Below are positions 11,447 through 24,895 of a stretch of 64,000 nucleotides of DNA, one piece after another (within the stretch, counting starts at the first letter, position 1; every line of letters starts with the position of its first letter). The translations under genes and the position numbers were made by a program. The notes below the pieces were generated by a model. It did not search any database, was not told the origin of the DNA, and saw nothing but the letters and a program-made list of their open reading frames with translations. The stretch covers positions 6,076,001-6,140,000 of the forward strand of contig CM120649.1 in NCBI GenBank assembly GCA_051362555.1, in the 5' to 3' direction. Origin of the DNA: Lingula anatina. Its lineage: Eukaryota; Animalia; Brachiopoda.

Positions 11447-11999
11447 ACAAGGGCTGTGCAGAGCTGTATCATAAAAGGGTAAGAATAAACATTGTTAAAA
11501 AAATAAAGGGTAAGGATCAGTGGCGTGTATACCATCATTCTCAGTAAAACTGAAAAAAAAAACATGATGTCTACTGCGATATGAAGACCGACGGCGGTGG
11601 CTGGACGGTACGATTGTATATGTACTTTGATAATTACACCTAAAAGATTCAGTCCCAACGCGTTAACCAGGTTAACAGGGTACCAAAATAGATAAAATTA
11701 TTTTAGAAATTTGATGTATTAATAAGACCTTCATTTGTGAGCTTTCCTTTGTCGCAAATGTAATCCGTATGAGATACATGTACGTGTATCCATTTTCTTC
11801 TTAAAACAGTTCTATTTGAATTATATTAGAAATGCACATTAGATATTCAGGTTGTATAACATATTTTGCATTACAAAAAAACCCGATGATTTACCATTCA
11901 GGTGTTCCAAAGACGAATGGACGGAACTGTGGACCTCTGCAGATACTGGCAGAACCAAAAATATGGCTTTGGATATCTGAACACTGAATTCTGTTTAGG
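11447..11999 (+). pseudogene. Fibrinogen-related domain (FReD; ficolin/angiopoietin/tenascin-like) gene fragment
   Basis: Exon ~11447-11607 reads GCAELYH..SGVYTI..VYCDMKTDGGGWT followed by gt. Exon 11902-~11999 reads VFQRRMDGTVDLCRYWQNQKYGFGYLNTEFCLG. It is disrupted by an insertion and probable frameshift, EFWLG has become EFCLG, and no downstream exons were found. Confidence 0.85.
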
Positions 12000-12029
12000 G
12001 TACTTCATGCATAAAAAAAAGAAAAAAAG

Positions 12030-12290
12030 GGCCATACTGGCAGACTAGGGAAAGGGTGCGGCAATGACATTTTGGTGATCTTTATGCTTTCCCCTTTCTC
12101 TAAGTCCAACAAAAGTCTCTTTCTTTTCCTTCAGCTAGTGTTTAAATGAGTACCACAGGCGGTAAAAATAGAATGTTAGCATACAATGTATATGTGTGGT
12201 AGGCCTTCATCAGGTGCCCTCAAACGTTTTTCCCAGTGGGGTCATTGCCCATATGAGGAGAGACATTGGTAATTATAATAATTATATATT
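12030..12290 (+). mobile_element. Possible degenerate SINE
   Basis: CAGCTAGTGTTTAAATGAGTACC resembles conserved SINE core motifs, and the region ends in an AT-rich tail. Weak support. Confidence 0.3.
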
Positions 12291-13096
12291 ATAATTATAA
12301 TTAAGGGCATGAGCTTGGGTTCAAGGATTCAATGGAGTTCTTTTGACTTGTACCCAGAAATTACTGGATGGACTTTTCAAGTTCTACCATCGTGGTCCCA
12401 AGCAGGGGAAAGGTTAAACTTGAAGGTAGCCTATTTGGCCATCCAGAACAGTCAAGCCATGCCCACAAGGGTTGGAGGAACTTGCTAGGTCATACCCACA
12501 CCCAATCACACCCTACTTGCCCTAAGAAATATACTCAAGTCATACGACGCTCTGGCGATGCACCTTAGAATGTGGCACTCTTCAGGTTGGCTTCTCTGTC
12601 CACTTCAGCTATAGCTACCAAAAATTCCTGAGCACTAATTTCTTTGATTTCAAATAACATTATGGGGTTTCAATTGTCAGAGAGTGATTTATAGTTTTGC
12701 TCTATTCAATGGTCAAAACAAATATTTAAAACAGTAAAACATCTAATCTAACATTTTAACAGTTTTCTTTTAACGCTTTAGCTCTAAGGTCAAATAAACT
12801 CGCAAACAATTCCCTTATGGAAACTAATCTTTAACATTGCTTTTGACAAGCAAAGAACCGCGAATCTATCGTGCTGAGATTGCGACCGGTTGTGATTGCG
12901 TTATATTCATGAACACAGGGCACCGCCATGATGGAAGTCTCGCATGAATGTCAAAATGGTTGGATTGCGTACGAACAGGCCTGGGAAATCTTGAATTTTT
13001 AATAGGCGAAGAATTGTCCAAATAAATACCCGTACACGTCCCGCTATTCGGAACTTGAAAGTAACCATCTGACATGGCAATGTATTGCCGTTTCCG

Positions 13097-13960
13097 TAAT
13101 GAACTTTATTTTTATTTTTAAAGAGGTTAAAACATGTTAAGTGCACACACTTATCTTACACATGGCCCTCTAGGGGTTAAAATTAAATATTGTGTTAATG
13201 AATAAAAGATGAATAAATTATGAAATTTAAATGACAATGAGGTAAAAATGAAAAGAGTTGGAATAACAAAAGTAATAAGAATAAAACAGAAGGCATTGTG
13301 TTAGTAAAAATCCTAAAGCTACATGACTTAATAGTTGAATACATAAAACTTACTTTTCTTAAAAAAATATTTTTAAAGTATCTAAGTCTTCGGTGTTTGT
13401 TATTTCAGAGTGTAGGCAGTTCCATATTTTAATCGAGGTCCATGTTGATATGTCTTTATGTCTGCCAACTGGTAAATAGATATTTCCCTTATTATTTGAT
13501 CGGTAATCTACGGGTGATTCTGCCTGTAGTGTCTGTGGTTGTAATTCCCAGTAAGTCATTGGTGTATTTAGGTGAGAGTCCATTTAAAGATTTAAAAACT
13601 AATGTGGCGTACTTAAATTCTATCCGTTCATAGATTGTTTGCCATTTTAGTTTCCTGAATAGTTCAATTATTGGATATTTCTTGGCTTCTTTTTTCTGGG
13701 ATATCGAGAATGATTCTTGCTCCACGTTTTTTGAAGTTTGTTTATATCTTCTAGTTTTGCAGTAATCCAGATGTGGTGGTATATGAGCATTATAAAACCG
13801 TTTTCTTGTTTCCAATGTTAAGTATCGTTTTACTTTAGATAGAAGGGAAAGTTTCTGTTAATACTTTTTATGCACATAGTCAATCCAGCTAAGATTTTCA
13901 TTAATATATTAAACTATATACACCTAAAAGTTTTTCTGTTTGTACATTATCTAAAATGTA
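13097..13960 (-). mobile_element. 5'-truncated, decayed CR1/L2-type LINE (RT C-terminus and 3' UTR)
   Basis: Minus strand reads LDNVQTEKLLGV..RKRFYNAHIPPHLDYC..LKWQTIYERIEFKYATLVFKSLNGLSPKY..IWNCL, with frameshifts. A 3' stem-loop and AATAAA lie near 13100-13175. Confidence 0.85.
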
Positions 13961-13962
13961 AC

Positions 13963-14884
13963 GAATAACGATGGGGGTGTGGCAGCAAGGCAAGCATGAT
14001 TTGCCCAAGGCACTTTTTGTAAAGACAGGAAAAACAAAGCCCTTCAGACATCTTAATTGTGAAACAAAACAATCAGAATTTGCTCAAAGGTCGGCCTGTA
14101 ATTACCGTCGTCCAACTCAAGGAGATGACGCACCTATGCAGCAAGACAAGCATGATTTGCTTACGGCACCTTTTGTAAAGACAGGGAAAACAAAACCCGT
14201 AAATTACAAGTCACAAGATATAACAATCACTTTATCTACGCTTAAACTGCATACACCTTGAAACTGTTGTAAATGTTGGCACAAGTACTTAATAAACGTT
14301 ATATGTAAAAAAGAAAGGTTTATTTCCTTGACTTAGACGGCGATACTTTGTCAAAAATTCACGAGATTCACAAATTGCGAGCTGAACCGCGTAATCGACA
14401 TCTTACAAGTAGTTTTGCAAGAATAAATATAACTACGTTTAGCAACGAAAAATCTTAAATTTCTGATTGTTTTGTTTCACAAGAAGTCTCAAGGGTTTTG
14501 TTTTCCTTGCTTTACAAATGGTGCCGTAAGCTAATCATGCTTGCCTTGCTGCATAGGTACCTCATCTCCCTGAATTGGACGACGATAATAACAGGCAGAC
14601 CTTTGAGCAAATTCTGATTGATTTACTTCACAAGAAGTGTCAAGGGTTTTGTTTTTCATGTCTTTACAAAAAGTGCCGTTAAGCCCGTAAGCAAATCCTG
14701 CTTGTCTTGCTGCATAGGTACGTCATCTCCTTGAGTTGGACGACGATAATTACAGGGAGACCTTTGAGCAAATTCTGATTGTTTTATTTCACAAGAAATG
14801 TCAAGGATTTTGTTTTTCCTGTCTTTACAGACAGTGTCTTGGGCAAATCATGCTTGCCTTGCTGCCACATCCCCATCGTTATTC
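13963..14884. mobile_element. Foldback-type element with long modular inverted arms
   Basis: GAATAACGATGGGGGTGTGGCAGCAAGGCAAGCATGATTTGCCCAAG at the left is inverted at the right end. Arms are built of ~140-160-bp subunits, about 1.5 on the left and about 3 on the right. Confidence 0.85.
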
Positions 14885-15890
14885 CCTCACACTGCTCCTT
14901 ATATGGCATATAAAAGTATTGACCCTTAATCCTTAAGATAGATGTAACAATTTCTAACAAAAATTTCTATCCTAGGACCAAAGGTGAGGATTTCTTCGAA
15001 TTATCATTCAAAAACTGACGCAAGTAAGAATGCGGAGACGTATTTTTGTGAGTAATGTTAAAAATTTTGCCAGCCAAAAGCTAGAAACTATGCATGTCCC
15101 GGGTACAATCACGCATCCAAACACCGTCACAAATGTTCTTTATTAACAGATAGTGACTTTACTTCTCGTTACTCTTGCATAATGTTTGTTAGTGTCTCTA
15201 GCGCAACTTTTGGCGCACAAATCCAATTCCGTCAAATATTGGCCGTATAAAAATCCGCAATACGGACACTGTGCACCCGATCACGGTGGCTATTTGCATC
15301 AGCGCTGCAATATAGTCATCTTTTAGAGTCCTTTCGCCTGGAATGAGAGCAAGAAAGCTCGGATAAATATCTATAATGCCTGTTTGTTCTTTTTTTTTTT
15401 TAATTAATATTTAAAACCGTTCTCCACTTTTGTCACATCGCTATGTACATGTACATTATAAACATTGAAATACAAAATTCTAAAACACACCATCTAAATT
15501 TACCTAATACACGTTGTAAAATTCTACCTCTGGAACGCACTAACTAAATTTGCCAATAGCTAAATAACATTTAGTGCAGATAGAATGAAATGTGCCTTTA
15601 CAAATTTTGTATGAGAGTGCATAATTAGAAACCCAATCTCTTGTAAAACGGGAACATTTACTTTTCCATTTGAAAATATGATTTTACAAGGAACGGCGAA
15701 CGATGAGATAAAAAAAGAGATCCATTAAACTGGCAAATACCTGAAGTTTGATACTTTAGTCCTATTAAAGAAACTTTGAGTCATTAAACAATCATTTGGA
15801 TGCAAGACCAATGAACCACACGCTTGATGAAACAAATTTTAGATTGATAACCAAAGTGCCCTCGGTTCTCTTTATTGCAAAATTTGGCCG

Positions 15891-15925
<35 letters not shown>

Positions 15926-17221
15926 TCCGTAAAATATATTCTTTCATCACACCAAAACAAAATCACCAAAAACCATCACCTCATAATGTTTGAATTTATT
16001 GAATTCGAACCGTGGTGTCTAGATTTAATAAACTTTAACATAATGAGATAATGATTTCCACCCGAAAATAACGATATTTCAATATTTTAATAGCGTATAA
16101 ATTAAAATAAATAAATAAACAATGAAAATACCTATGAATTTTCATTTAAATTTAAAAAAAATCGAAAAGGAAGATGGGTTTGTGTAGGAAAGTACATTGG
16201 TTGAAAGTGGCTTAAATGATAAATGTTTTTAAGAATACAAAAAAAAAATTAACTGTTTGAAATTTTTGAATAATTACCGTATATCTTTAACTTGGAACGG
16301 ACTAGCCCGACACTGCCCTAGAATCCGATTTCAACTTACCTGCCGTTAATCCAAGCACCCACGCCGAAATAAAACCCCACAACATCACTTTTGTGGCAGC
16401 CATGTTGACAAAATTTTAGTTTTTGTGTCCTCAGCTGTGATACTGTAACAAAGAGGCTTCCGTCAGCCGACGCTGCGTTCAGGTTGAGATATCAAAATTA
16501 AAAGATTGCATAGACAGCCTGCTTTTTTTACATAAATATTTTAAAACTGACACGACTGTTGTAATGGGCTTCTGGTCACCTTGTCGTCTCGCTGGCTGTG
16601 AATAAGAAGCACATGGGTCCTAAAAGGTGTTATCATTCGTAAAATGAAGCCGGTGTGTGTTGTGCTAAGTCAAGAGATTTCCCCGTCGTATCTACTGTAT
16701 TCATAGGTCAGGTTTACCCGTCACCAGAAGATTTGAGGTGAGATTAATTGGTGATAATATCAAATGTAATGGCAGGTTTGCATGACACATTTGAAAAAGA
16801 CATTGTAGGGTACAACTGTTAAACGACTGGCTCAGAATGGTGGGAACAGTCGTTTATTGGCCGATTGTATGGTGAAATAAAGTATTAAGTAAAGGCAATT
16901 ACAAATAAAATAATTACAATAATGAAGGTACCAATAACAATACAAAAACGCAAATTACACAATCAAGGTAAACACGCAAGAAATGAGGGAGGGGAGGGAG
17001 GGGGAGGAAATAGGAGCCAAACCCCCCTGCCGATTAGTGTTGTCGGCAACACTACCCCACTTGGACAAAGAAAAAATAATAAAATAAAATAATAATAATT
17101 TTTTAATAATTTGCAGGGTGGACAGAAATCTATCATAAAAAGTTAACAAAATTCACTTAATTGCCTATTAAAAATGTATTTTTTGTAATCTCTGCCCCTT
17201 GTATACCGCAGAATCAATTAA

Positions 17222-17558
17222 AGGGATAATAACTCTTCGTATGAGATCTATATTTCACAATAAAAACAATGTGAATAACTCATAGAAATATAATATATTC
17301 TGTTTTACCACAAAAACGGCAGTTATAGCTATTATTCTGATATCTGAGCTTGTCTTTAGACCACGTGACCTCCATTGATGGCTATACTCTGTTAAAATCT
17401 CTTAAGAGATTTTAACAAAAATCCAAACTTTTTAGAAAAAATCCAGGGACTAACTTTGAATGTAAAAATGGATTCATTAACCATTGGTAAGTATGGGAAA
17501 AATGTTGTTTACTCCAGGAAAATTCATTTTTTGGCCGAAACGAAGAGTTATTATCCCT
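17222..17558. mobile_element. TTAA-flanked MITE (Kolobok-like), 337 bp
   Basis: Perfect 19-bp TIR AGGGATAATAACTCTTCGT; TTAA at 17218-17221 and 17559-17562. Confidence 0.85.
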
Positions 17559-18033
17559 TTAACGAAATGAAATGACAAACACGGTATGTAGGTTGAAATG
17601 CTTTTAGGCCGCTTTTATTTTTGACAAACCCAAATGAGATGTATTACATTTTATTTTAACTTATTGACCATGAATTCAAAATGGTAATCGTCCAGCGAAC
17701 GGCTTCTATCATCGTCATAAAATTTCACTTTTTGATTTTTGATTCAAACAGTTATCCCAATTTTGAGACATTGATAATTTCCAAAATTCAATATTTGAAC
17801 AGCAACTTAATTTACTTCCTTCCAAAATTATACTTGCACTTAATAACTAGCAAAATTTTATATCATTGGATTTTAATTGAATTCTACTAATTTGGAATTA
17901 ATAAAAATAGCCAACCGTTACTTTTCGCTTTACAACACGATAAATTTACAACACTTAAAAATATTCTTCGAATTCTAGAACTCTAAAATGTATATAAAAT
18001 GACATTTCAAAATGCATGAATTACTCATTTTAA

Positions 18034-18536
18034 GCCTAGATTACATTTGCCATGCTATGTCCGATGCACGCACGGTACTCGACAGTATTTGAAAATTGCA
18101 AGTCTGTCGACCGTACATGTACACTGTAGTATTTTCATAGTTGGTATTGCACCGTTCCCGTACGGACATTGTTCGGTGGACTTGTGGTGATCGTAACAAC
18201 GGTTGAACCAGTTTTTCGACTGTTTCAGTTTCACCTTTGGTGGTTTAAGGAGGCACATAGTAGATATATTTTAGGAAACTTATTTGTCAATTACATGCCG
18301 AATGATTCCTTATTCTGACCGCATGGGTGTTAATAATGTACAGGGGACATCGACCTTCAATGCAAGGATACGAAAAGCGTTTGGCGATTGCAATGAGATT
18401 GAAAGATCTTCGTGCTCCTATTTTTCTTTAAAAAAAACTTTTTTCTTACTTGATCTCAAGGTCATGACGGAGAAATAGCATGTCGTCTGCACGTTTTGTA
18501 AATATATTCGCTAAAGATCGTTGTCATGCACGATAT

Positions 18537-18580
<44 letters not shown>

Positions 18581-18614
18581 CTAAATCGTCGGCCATGGCT
18601 AATGTAATCTACGC
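18034..18614. mobile_element. TTAA-flanked MITE, ~580 bp
   Basis: TIRs GCCTAGATTACATTTGCCATG / CATGGCTAATGTAATCTACGC with TTAA on both sides; internal poly-A at ~18538-18578. Confidence 0.75.
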
Positions 18615-19505
18615 TTAAACCTCGACAATCAATAAATTCTTTAAAACATTGTGTGCAATAGGGCTTTTGCTGGATGAATAGATATTGAAGTCTTTTGTTC
18701 TCTGAAAAGGTCTATCATACCGTGTTCTTCTCCTACTATAACTATTTATGCTGAATTAAGCTAAAATCGCTATTAGTTAAAGTATCTAGATAATTTGGAA
18801 TTTACGTGACACCAATCGTCAAATTATCTATTAATCTTATATAAATGCTTATATTGCACTATCGATGATATAATTAATACAAATTGATCTGTTTCCGAAT
18901 AATTGAATAACATCAATATTTACGTGTACATGTAGTAAATACCTCGCCTTTACTGTCGACCTTTCCACTAATACATTTTTATTTATCAAATTGATAATAA
19001 TATTACTTCGATTAAGAAAATGTTTGCTATAACTAATTTCCTCGCAAAGATCAACCGACTAAATGTACGCTACCAAACATGGACCACAAAACCTGCTACC
19101 GTTTTCACAGTGAATCAAAAAGTGAACTAAAGCTAATATGGTACCCTCTGCCAGGACCACAAATTGATTTTTCACTAGATTTTCAATAATCTTTGTTGAT
19201 CCATCCTCCATTTTGACCGTCTTCTGACAGAAAAAAAATCGATACCCGTCAATGTAAACTTAAATATCTGACAGTCTTCCGGAAGACCCAGAAGACGACC
19301 TCAATCCACCCCAGCGGCATATACAGGTATGTGCACTTTCCCGCACTGTCCATAAAAACTTCATGTAGGGGCTATTACATGGTAACCACTCTGTTGGCCT
19401 CTACATGTAACAGAGAACACTCAGAGAACAGTCTGAGAACAGTCTGCTGCGTGCAGGGATTAATTATCCAAACTGAATACAGAATAGAGCATCTTGATAA
19501 CCCAT

Positions 19506-19710
19506 ACTAGAAAAGACTAAGAGAGTGCACTTCACCAAGACAGCCCAATTGTTAATTATTATCAAATAAAGAATCGCCACCAAAATCTAAACGCTTCTAC
19601 GTTGGCCCATTTCTTACTTAACCCGAAAAAGATTATCAAAATTTGCCCATAATTTTTTAGTTATTCTGTTATAAACCAAGGGAAAAATAAAATCTTTTTG
19701 GGCGGAGTTT
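19506..19710 (-). mobile_element. Diverged HINE/DINE-like (Helentron-associated) element
   Basis: ACTAGAAAAGACTAAGAGAGTGCACTTCACCAAGACAGC..TTGGGCGGAG is a decayed reverse complement of the elements at 26045 and 53553. Confidence 0.55.
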
Positions 19711-19874
19711 ATGAGATAAATTTTAATAGATAGTAAACTGTGACTGCTTTTATAACTTAACAATAATTAAAACGTAAAATTACTTAACAACAATAATAAA
19801 CATAACATATCGATGTATTGATTATCCCAATCGGCAGTAGTGCCAAATCCTATATCTTTCGCTCTTGCCCATAG

Positions 19875-22800
19875 CTAAAAATACCTCACCGCTACCACCA
19901 GAGCCATTAACATCAAAAGTGTAACGTTACCGACAGGACTGTTTCCTCGGTTCTGCTTCGGGGTAGACAGCGTGGTCGCTCCATAAAATGGCGGCACGGA
20001 GTCGTGGTTCGTGACGTTCTTCATGCAGGCAGAGAACGATCCTGAACGTATACCCACTGGCCCTCCGGATATCTTCAACTGCATGTTCTTCAGAGCATTT
20101 TCCATCCATGCTTGCACTTGGTCGAAGATGTTGCGACCTTCCTCTAAATGGGCCAGTCTCACGCGAAGAGTGACCAATGCTTTCACGACAAAGGTGGTAG
20201 ACGTGTTATCCGCGCCGTAATTCTGGCTACAAGTATAAAAAAGTGCCGGCACCGCTCTCAGTACAGCTACCAATCGACCATCACGTTTGATATCTCTACA
20301 GCCATCTCTTGGTGTTGGAGCCCAGCCACACGGTTCAAAATGTAAGGGAACGGGCGACCGCACCACTGTGAAATTGTACATAAGGGGGCGGCAGTCCTGG
20401 GCATCAGGAACAAATCCAGGGGGGCACACTAGCTGCTGATCTACAGGCTGGAAAAAAGACGCGTGTGCAGGCTAAATGCATGATTATTCGATTTATAGTT
20501 TAGGATGACAATGTACAACAATAAAACTTGGGGGGGGGGGGGGACTGCTCATTATTTCATCAAAATATTAACATGACAAATGCGAGAAAGAATTAATGAA
20601 GAAAATTATATTTAGCTTTTTTCAATATCCAGTTTTCATTATCATCCTCATCATTTATGATTATTGTACGTCGTTGTTCGCGACCTAGTCCTTACGTCAT
20701 CATTCTGTTTTCTGTCTTGGTCTCCCAGGTACAATAGGGCGCGGAAAGAAAGACTCAGTTCTCTGGCAGGTGGCCGTGTGAAATGCTGATCTGAATAAAA
20801 CATTTTAATTCACTAAATAAATAAACCAACAACATGTAATTCACCTAATTTATTATTTTTATTTATTTATTATTATTATTTTTTTTTGGGGGGGGGGAGT
20901 TGAAATCAAACGCGAAATTCCTATCGAGACTCTTTATCAAGGTGACAACAGTACAATATAGCCTTAAACTTACAGAACACGTTTGAAGAGCTTATGATAT
21001 CTTCCACTGAACTTAATTATTTGTCACTGTGCCACTTCTGCACAAATGTGATCGTTGTCAAGGGGTAAAATCAGGTTTTGTAGATTTCAGATAAGTGACT
21101 ACAACATTTAAAAAGAACCTGTCATCTATAGTGACCTATAACTTGATTCCATTTAAAGGTACATACGAACCGAGCATCGGTGGAGTGTGGATTCCCAGTA
21201 ACACATGTAAACCACTTCTACTAGATTCTTATATGACTCAAATAATTTCGACATGCCAAGGGATAAACTGAATAGATCACTCGATCGGCCATAAAAGACC
21301 TTTAGACTGCTCCTTTCTTTAAATTTATGGTTGTAAATTTAACCTACTTCCGTGACCTACTTTCCTGCCCCATTGACATACAGCTTAGAATACCAGCAGA
21401 AAAATCTGTTCAAACATCACTTTGGGGTAAAATTAAACAATGCCTTTTGGTAATTCTCTTAGTTATACTACTTGTAACTATATGCTGGCATTTGGTTGGT
21501 TTTTGTGACAAAAAATTGACTTTGTATGCATCTTTAAGAATTTCCTATCTTAACACTTACTGCTTTTATACTGTTGGAAATGATTCAAGTGTAATAATTA
21601 CTGTGACGTTTTATTTCAAGGTGCAAATCTAATATGCCTTAAATTGGACTTCTAATGAGTTTCATGATATATTTCCATAACAAACGTAATTTTTCCAATA
21701 ATTTATGTTAGATTTTCCGTACAAATTTTCCGGATCATAAATGGAAAGTAATTTGAATTGAAATTACACCTATCTCCAGTTATGTTATTTTTCCAGACAC
21801 ATAAATCTAATGAAATCATACAGTGCACTCTAAACGGACCTTGGCAGAAAATCAACATGTGTGCAGTTTCTTCCTTATACTAGACGTAATCAAACTGTAC
21901 CACTTATTCAGGTAACACATATCAAATTCGCGACTTAAGTAAACAAAAATGTTATCCCGAGAAAACTGAACTTCTATTTTATTCTGGAGGTTTTAAAAAC
22001 CCTGACATTACGATGGAGACAAGTAAACTATATAGGCCTATATAATTATTAATGCCATTAATGCGCGGTTCTGAAATTTTTACATAAGAAGTTTTTAACA
22101 TATAGTTAAACGCACCACTCACCGCAGGGCCCATAAGCACCTCGATAACACACCATGCAGTGGTAGTTCTTGTAACTGTTATCAGCACCCCTAATGACAA
22201 AGGGGTTGTTGTACGCCATGCAGGCATCTCTTAAGGCTGAGTGCAGGGGGCGTGGCCGAGGTACAGCCTGCACGCTTCCATTGATCAGATTGTTCACACA
22301 AGGACCAAAGTCTTTGTCCTCAACTTCCCGGAAACATGTTCTTAAATTCCAGTCCGACTTCGGCTCGAAAATACTATTACATCCGAAATCCTTCAATTTT
22401 CTTAAAACGCAAGCAGAGCTGCTGCAGTCTTCTATGTAGTCAACTAGTGCCCTAGAGCAATAGACAGCAAGTTCCCACGGTTCCCCGCCGTTCTTGACAC
22501 CGTTACATGCTGCACAGTACTTGTTCTTGAAAGTGAGCATTGTATCTGGGTCGGTGACTGGCTGGTACAACAGCACGTCCTCTGCGAGGCTAGTATTTGT
22601 AATATCACTGCACTTGATTAGACTTTCCTCTTCCAGCCAAGACGACGGACACTGGTTCACCATCCAATACCGCAATCCAAACCTATCCATGTATGGTAAC
22701 ATTGTTTGGTGCGCCTGAGATATTTTTGGAATGGCTCTACAGGAGCTTTTAAGTGCCAGGGAAATGGTCAAAGAATCGACTTGCTTTTTCTCCCTTATCC

Positions 22801-23461
22801 AGTGGGATGGATCGTTAGGTGATGCAGTCGATGTGGTACTGTTACTTTGAGTTTCTGTAAAGTTGGGTGCAGGAAGCGTTAAAGGAAGTGAGGTACTGTG
22901 CACACTGGTTATTCTGGCCGAGGCAGTGCACAACGTCGTATTTTCAGTCATCCCATAACAACAGTCATTATACAGATGGCATGGGCCGTCACAGTTGCAG
23001 TGGACCTTAAAGGTGACATGAAGTCCCTTAGATATTGCACAGGTCCATTTATACGGCGTGAGAGTCACGTCTGAGGAATTAGAGGTTTCACTGCTGTTGT
23101 CTGACCTTCCCTGTAATAAATTGTCTTGACTGGTTGACGCTGCAGTGACTTCCACCTGTATTTCATCCTCAATATTTGGCAACTGTGGTGTTACGCCCGT
23201 GTGCATTACACCCTCAGTAGTTGGCGACTGTTGTGTGACGTCTCCGTGCATCCCACTGGTCGGTTTTTCCGTAGTTATCTCTTGGCTTCCATCTCTAAGA
23301 TGTGATGTCTCCTTCGTGAATCCCGCAAGCGTCCAAATCTCTATATTGGGCGACTTATGTGTTAATCCGGCAGATTGGCCATTTTCTTGGGCAAACGAAA
23401 TCATGACAGTCGTCGGCTGAACAAATATCAGCGCACATAATGTGAGGCTGATGATCATCAT
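19875..23461 (-). CDS. Cysteine-rich SMB-domain surface protein resembling a Mth-like/family-B GPCR ectodomain without 7TM; putative GPI anchor; ~668 aa
   Basis: Exons 23461-22123, 20790-20696 and 20447-19875 have GT-AG junctions and stay in frame. The protein has a signal peptide MMIISLTLCALIFV, an S/T-rich stalk, an SMB-like CNCDGPCHLYNDCC, then CP..C..PVTD..TFKNKYCAACN..W..RTC..C..Y..P..YKNYHCMVC, SLSFRALL and a hydrophobic C-terminus LLMLMALVVAVRYF. An upstream in-frame ATG exists at 23590. Confidence 0.75.
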
Positions 23462-23659
23462 GTTTCTGAATACTATATTTCTGATGCATTGGAATACGAA
23501 CTGACGCAGATCAGCGTTTGCTTGCAATTTATACCTCTCCCGCCCTTCTTTGAAGAGAACACTTTCTGCCGCTGAACTAGAATTAATCATACCGGCGGCC
23601 TTGCATATGCCTTGAGATCTACACTTGAGTAGCGTGCATTCAGAGCTCTCAAACAGAAA

Positions 23660-24625
23660 TAATAAGAGTCACAGTAGGACATGCCGTTGTAACTGTCACG
23701 TTTATCGGGATAATTAGTTCGTTATTTTGTGTATTCCACGTATTCCAGCAAGAGTTCATGATTTGGAGACCACTGCCGTCTTGTTGATTACCTTTAGTGT
23801 GTTTTTTATATTTGACAGTAAAGCACTGCATGGCGAATTTCAGTAGCGACTATAATTGGAAAACGACTTCATTACCCTACATACGCCATTGGTCATTTAT
23901 GTAACGAAAAGACATACATGTACTCTGGAAAAACACTAATATCTGTCCGTGCAATGTATATGACCTGTGCACAAGCTGGTAGGAGGAATGGTAGCACAAG
24001 AAACGGAAGGTCAAGGTCCCATGAGTTCTGTATATGTTTGGGGTTGGCGGAGGGTTGAATGTGTAGGCCCTATTTTTCAATAACTAATTTCACACAGATA
24101 GGCCTACCCCCCTGCATGACCGTCTTAGTTTTTTGTACATGTTCCGGCTGATGTCCCAAAATGTTATTAACCGAATGTTAATTACTGGTATAACAATAAT
24201 AAAGATGTTTTAGAATAATGTTAATCGATGGCATGGATTTGAAGTTGTGCATTATCTTGGTGATTTATACAACTCTCGTATTTTGTAGAAGATATACTTA
24301 CTGCTGCTGAGCAAAAAATTACCGAAACATGTCGGCGGTCTTGCATAAGTCTTGAGGTGTACACTGGAGAAGCGTGCACTGAGAACTGGCAAAGAAGAAT
24401 AATAAATGTCACGGTAGGACATGCTGTGTAACAGTCACGTTTATTGGGATAATTAGTTCGTTATTACAGTATCCCACGTCAACAAGGGTTCATGAGTTGG
24501 AGACCACTGCCGTTTTGTTGATTACCTAGTGTGTTTTTTATACGTGGCATAATACATTGTAGAATTCCAGTAGTGACAGATTGGAATTCATGGAAGCGCA
24601 AGAAACGGAAGCTCAGGGTCTCACT
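23660..24625. repeat. Local direct duplication upstream of the SMB gene (~23660-23825 and ~24395-24545, plus 23994-24022 vs 24596-24625)
   Basis: GTAGGACATGC..GTCACGTTTAT.GGGATAATTAGTTCGTTATT..TTGGAGACCACTGCCGT.TTGTTGATTACC occurs twice; CAAGAAACGGAAG occurs twice. Confidence 0.8.
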
Positions 24626-24848
24626 GGATCGGTACAGGCTTGGGATTAGCGGAAATTATTGTGGTTTTTACATGGGACACAAAAAGTTTGGCCTTTAGAA
24701 ATTTTGCACAATGCTTGTGGTAATCAATTAAAAACATATTATCGTAATGAAAATGATTAAAAGTACAGATATAAAGTTGTGATCGTAGTGAGATATATTG
24801 TACATTTAATAACTGATACAATATACATTTGTTAAGAGGTTAAACAGT

Positions 24849-24893
<45 letters not shown>
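24849..24893 (+). repeat. Poly-G tract
   Basis: Uninterrupted run of about 45 G; other long G/C runs at ~292, 15892, 30609, 53273 and 61311. Confidence 0.9.

Positions 24894-24895
<2 letters not shown>

Noticed and set aside
15005-15380. Minus-strand hydrophobic peptides (ATVIGCTVSVL; TVFGCVIVPGTCIVSSFWL) as the lost 7TM of the SMB gene
   Set aside because: They are short, interrupted by a stop, lack a polypyrimidine acceptor and have no diagnostic GPCR motif. An HMM hit would be needed.
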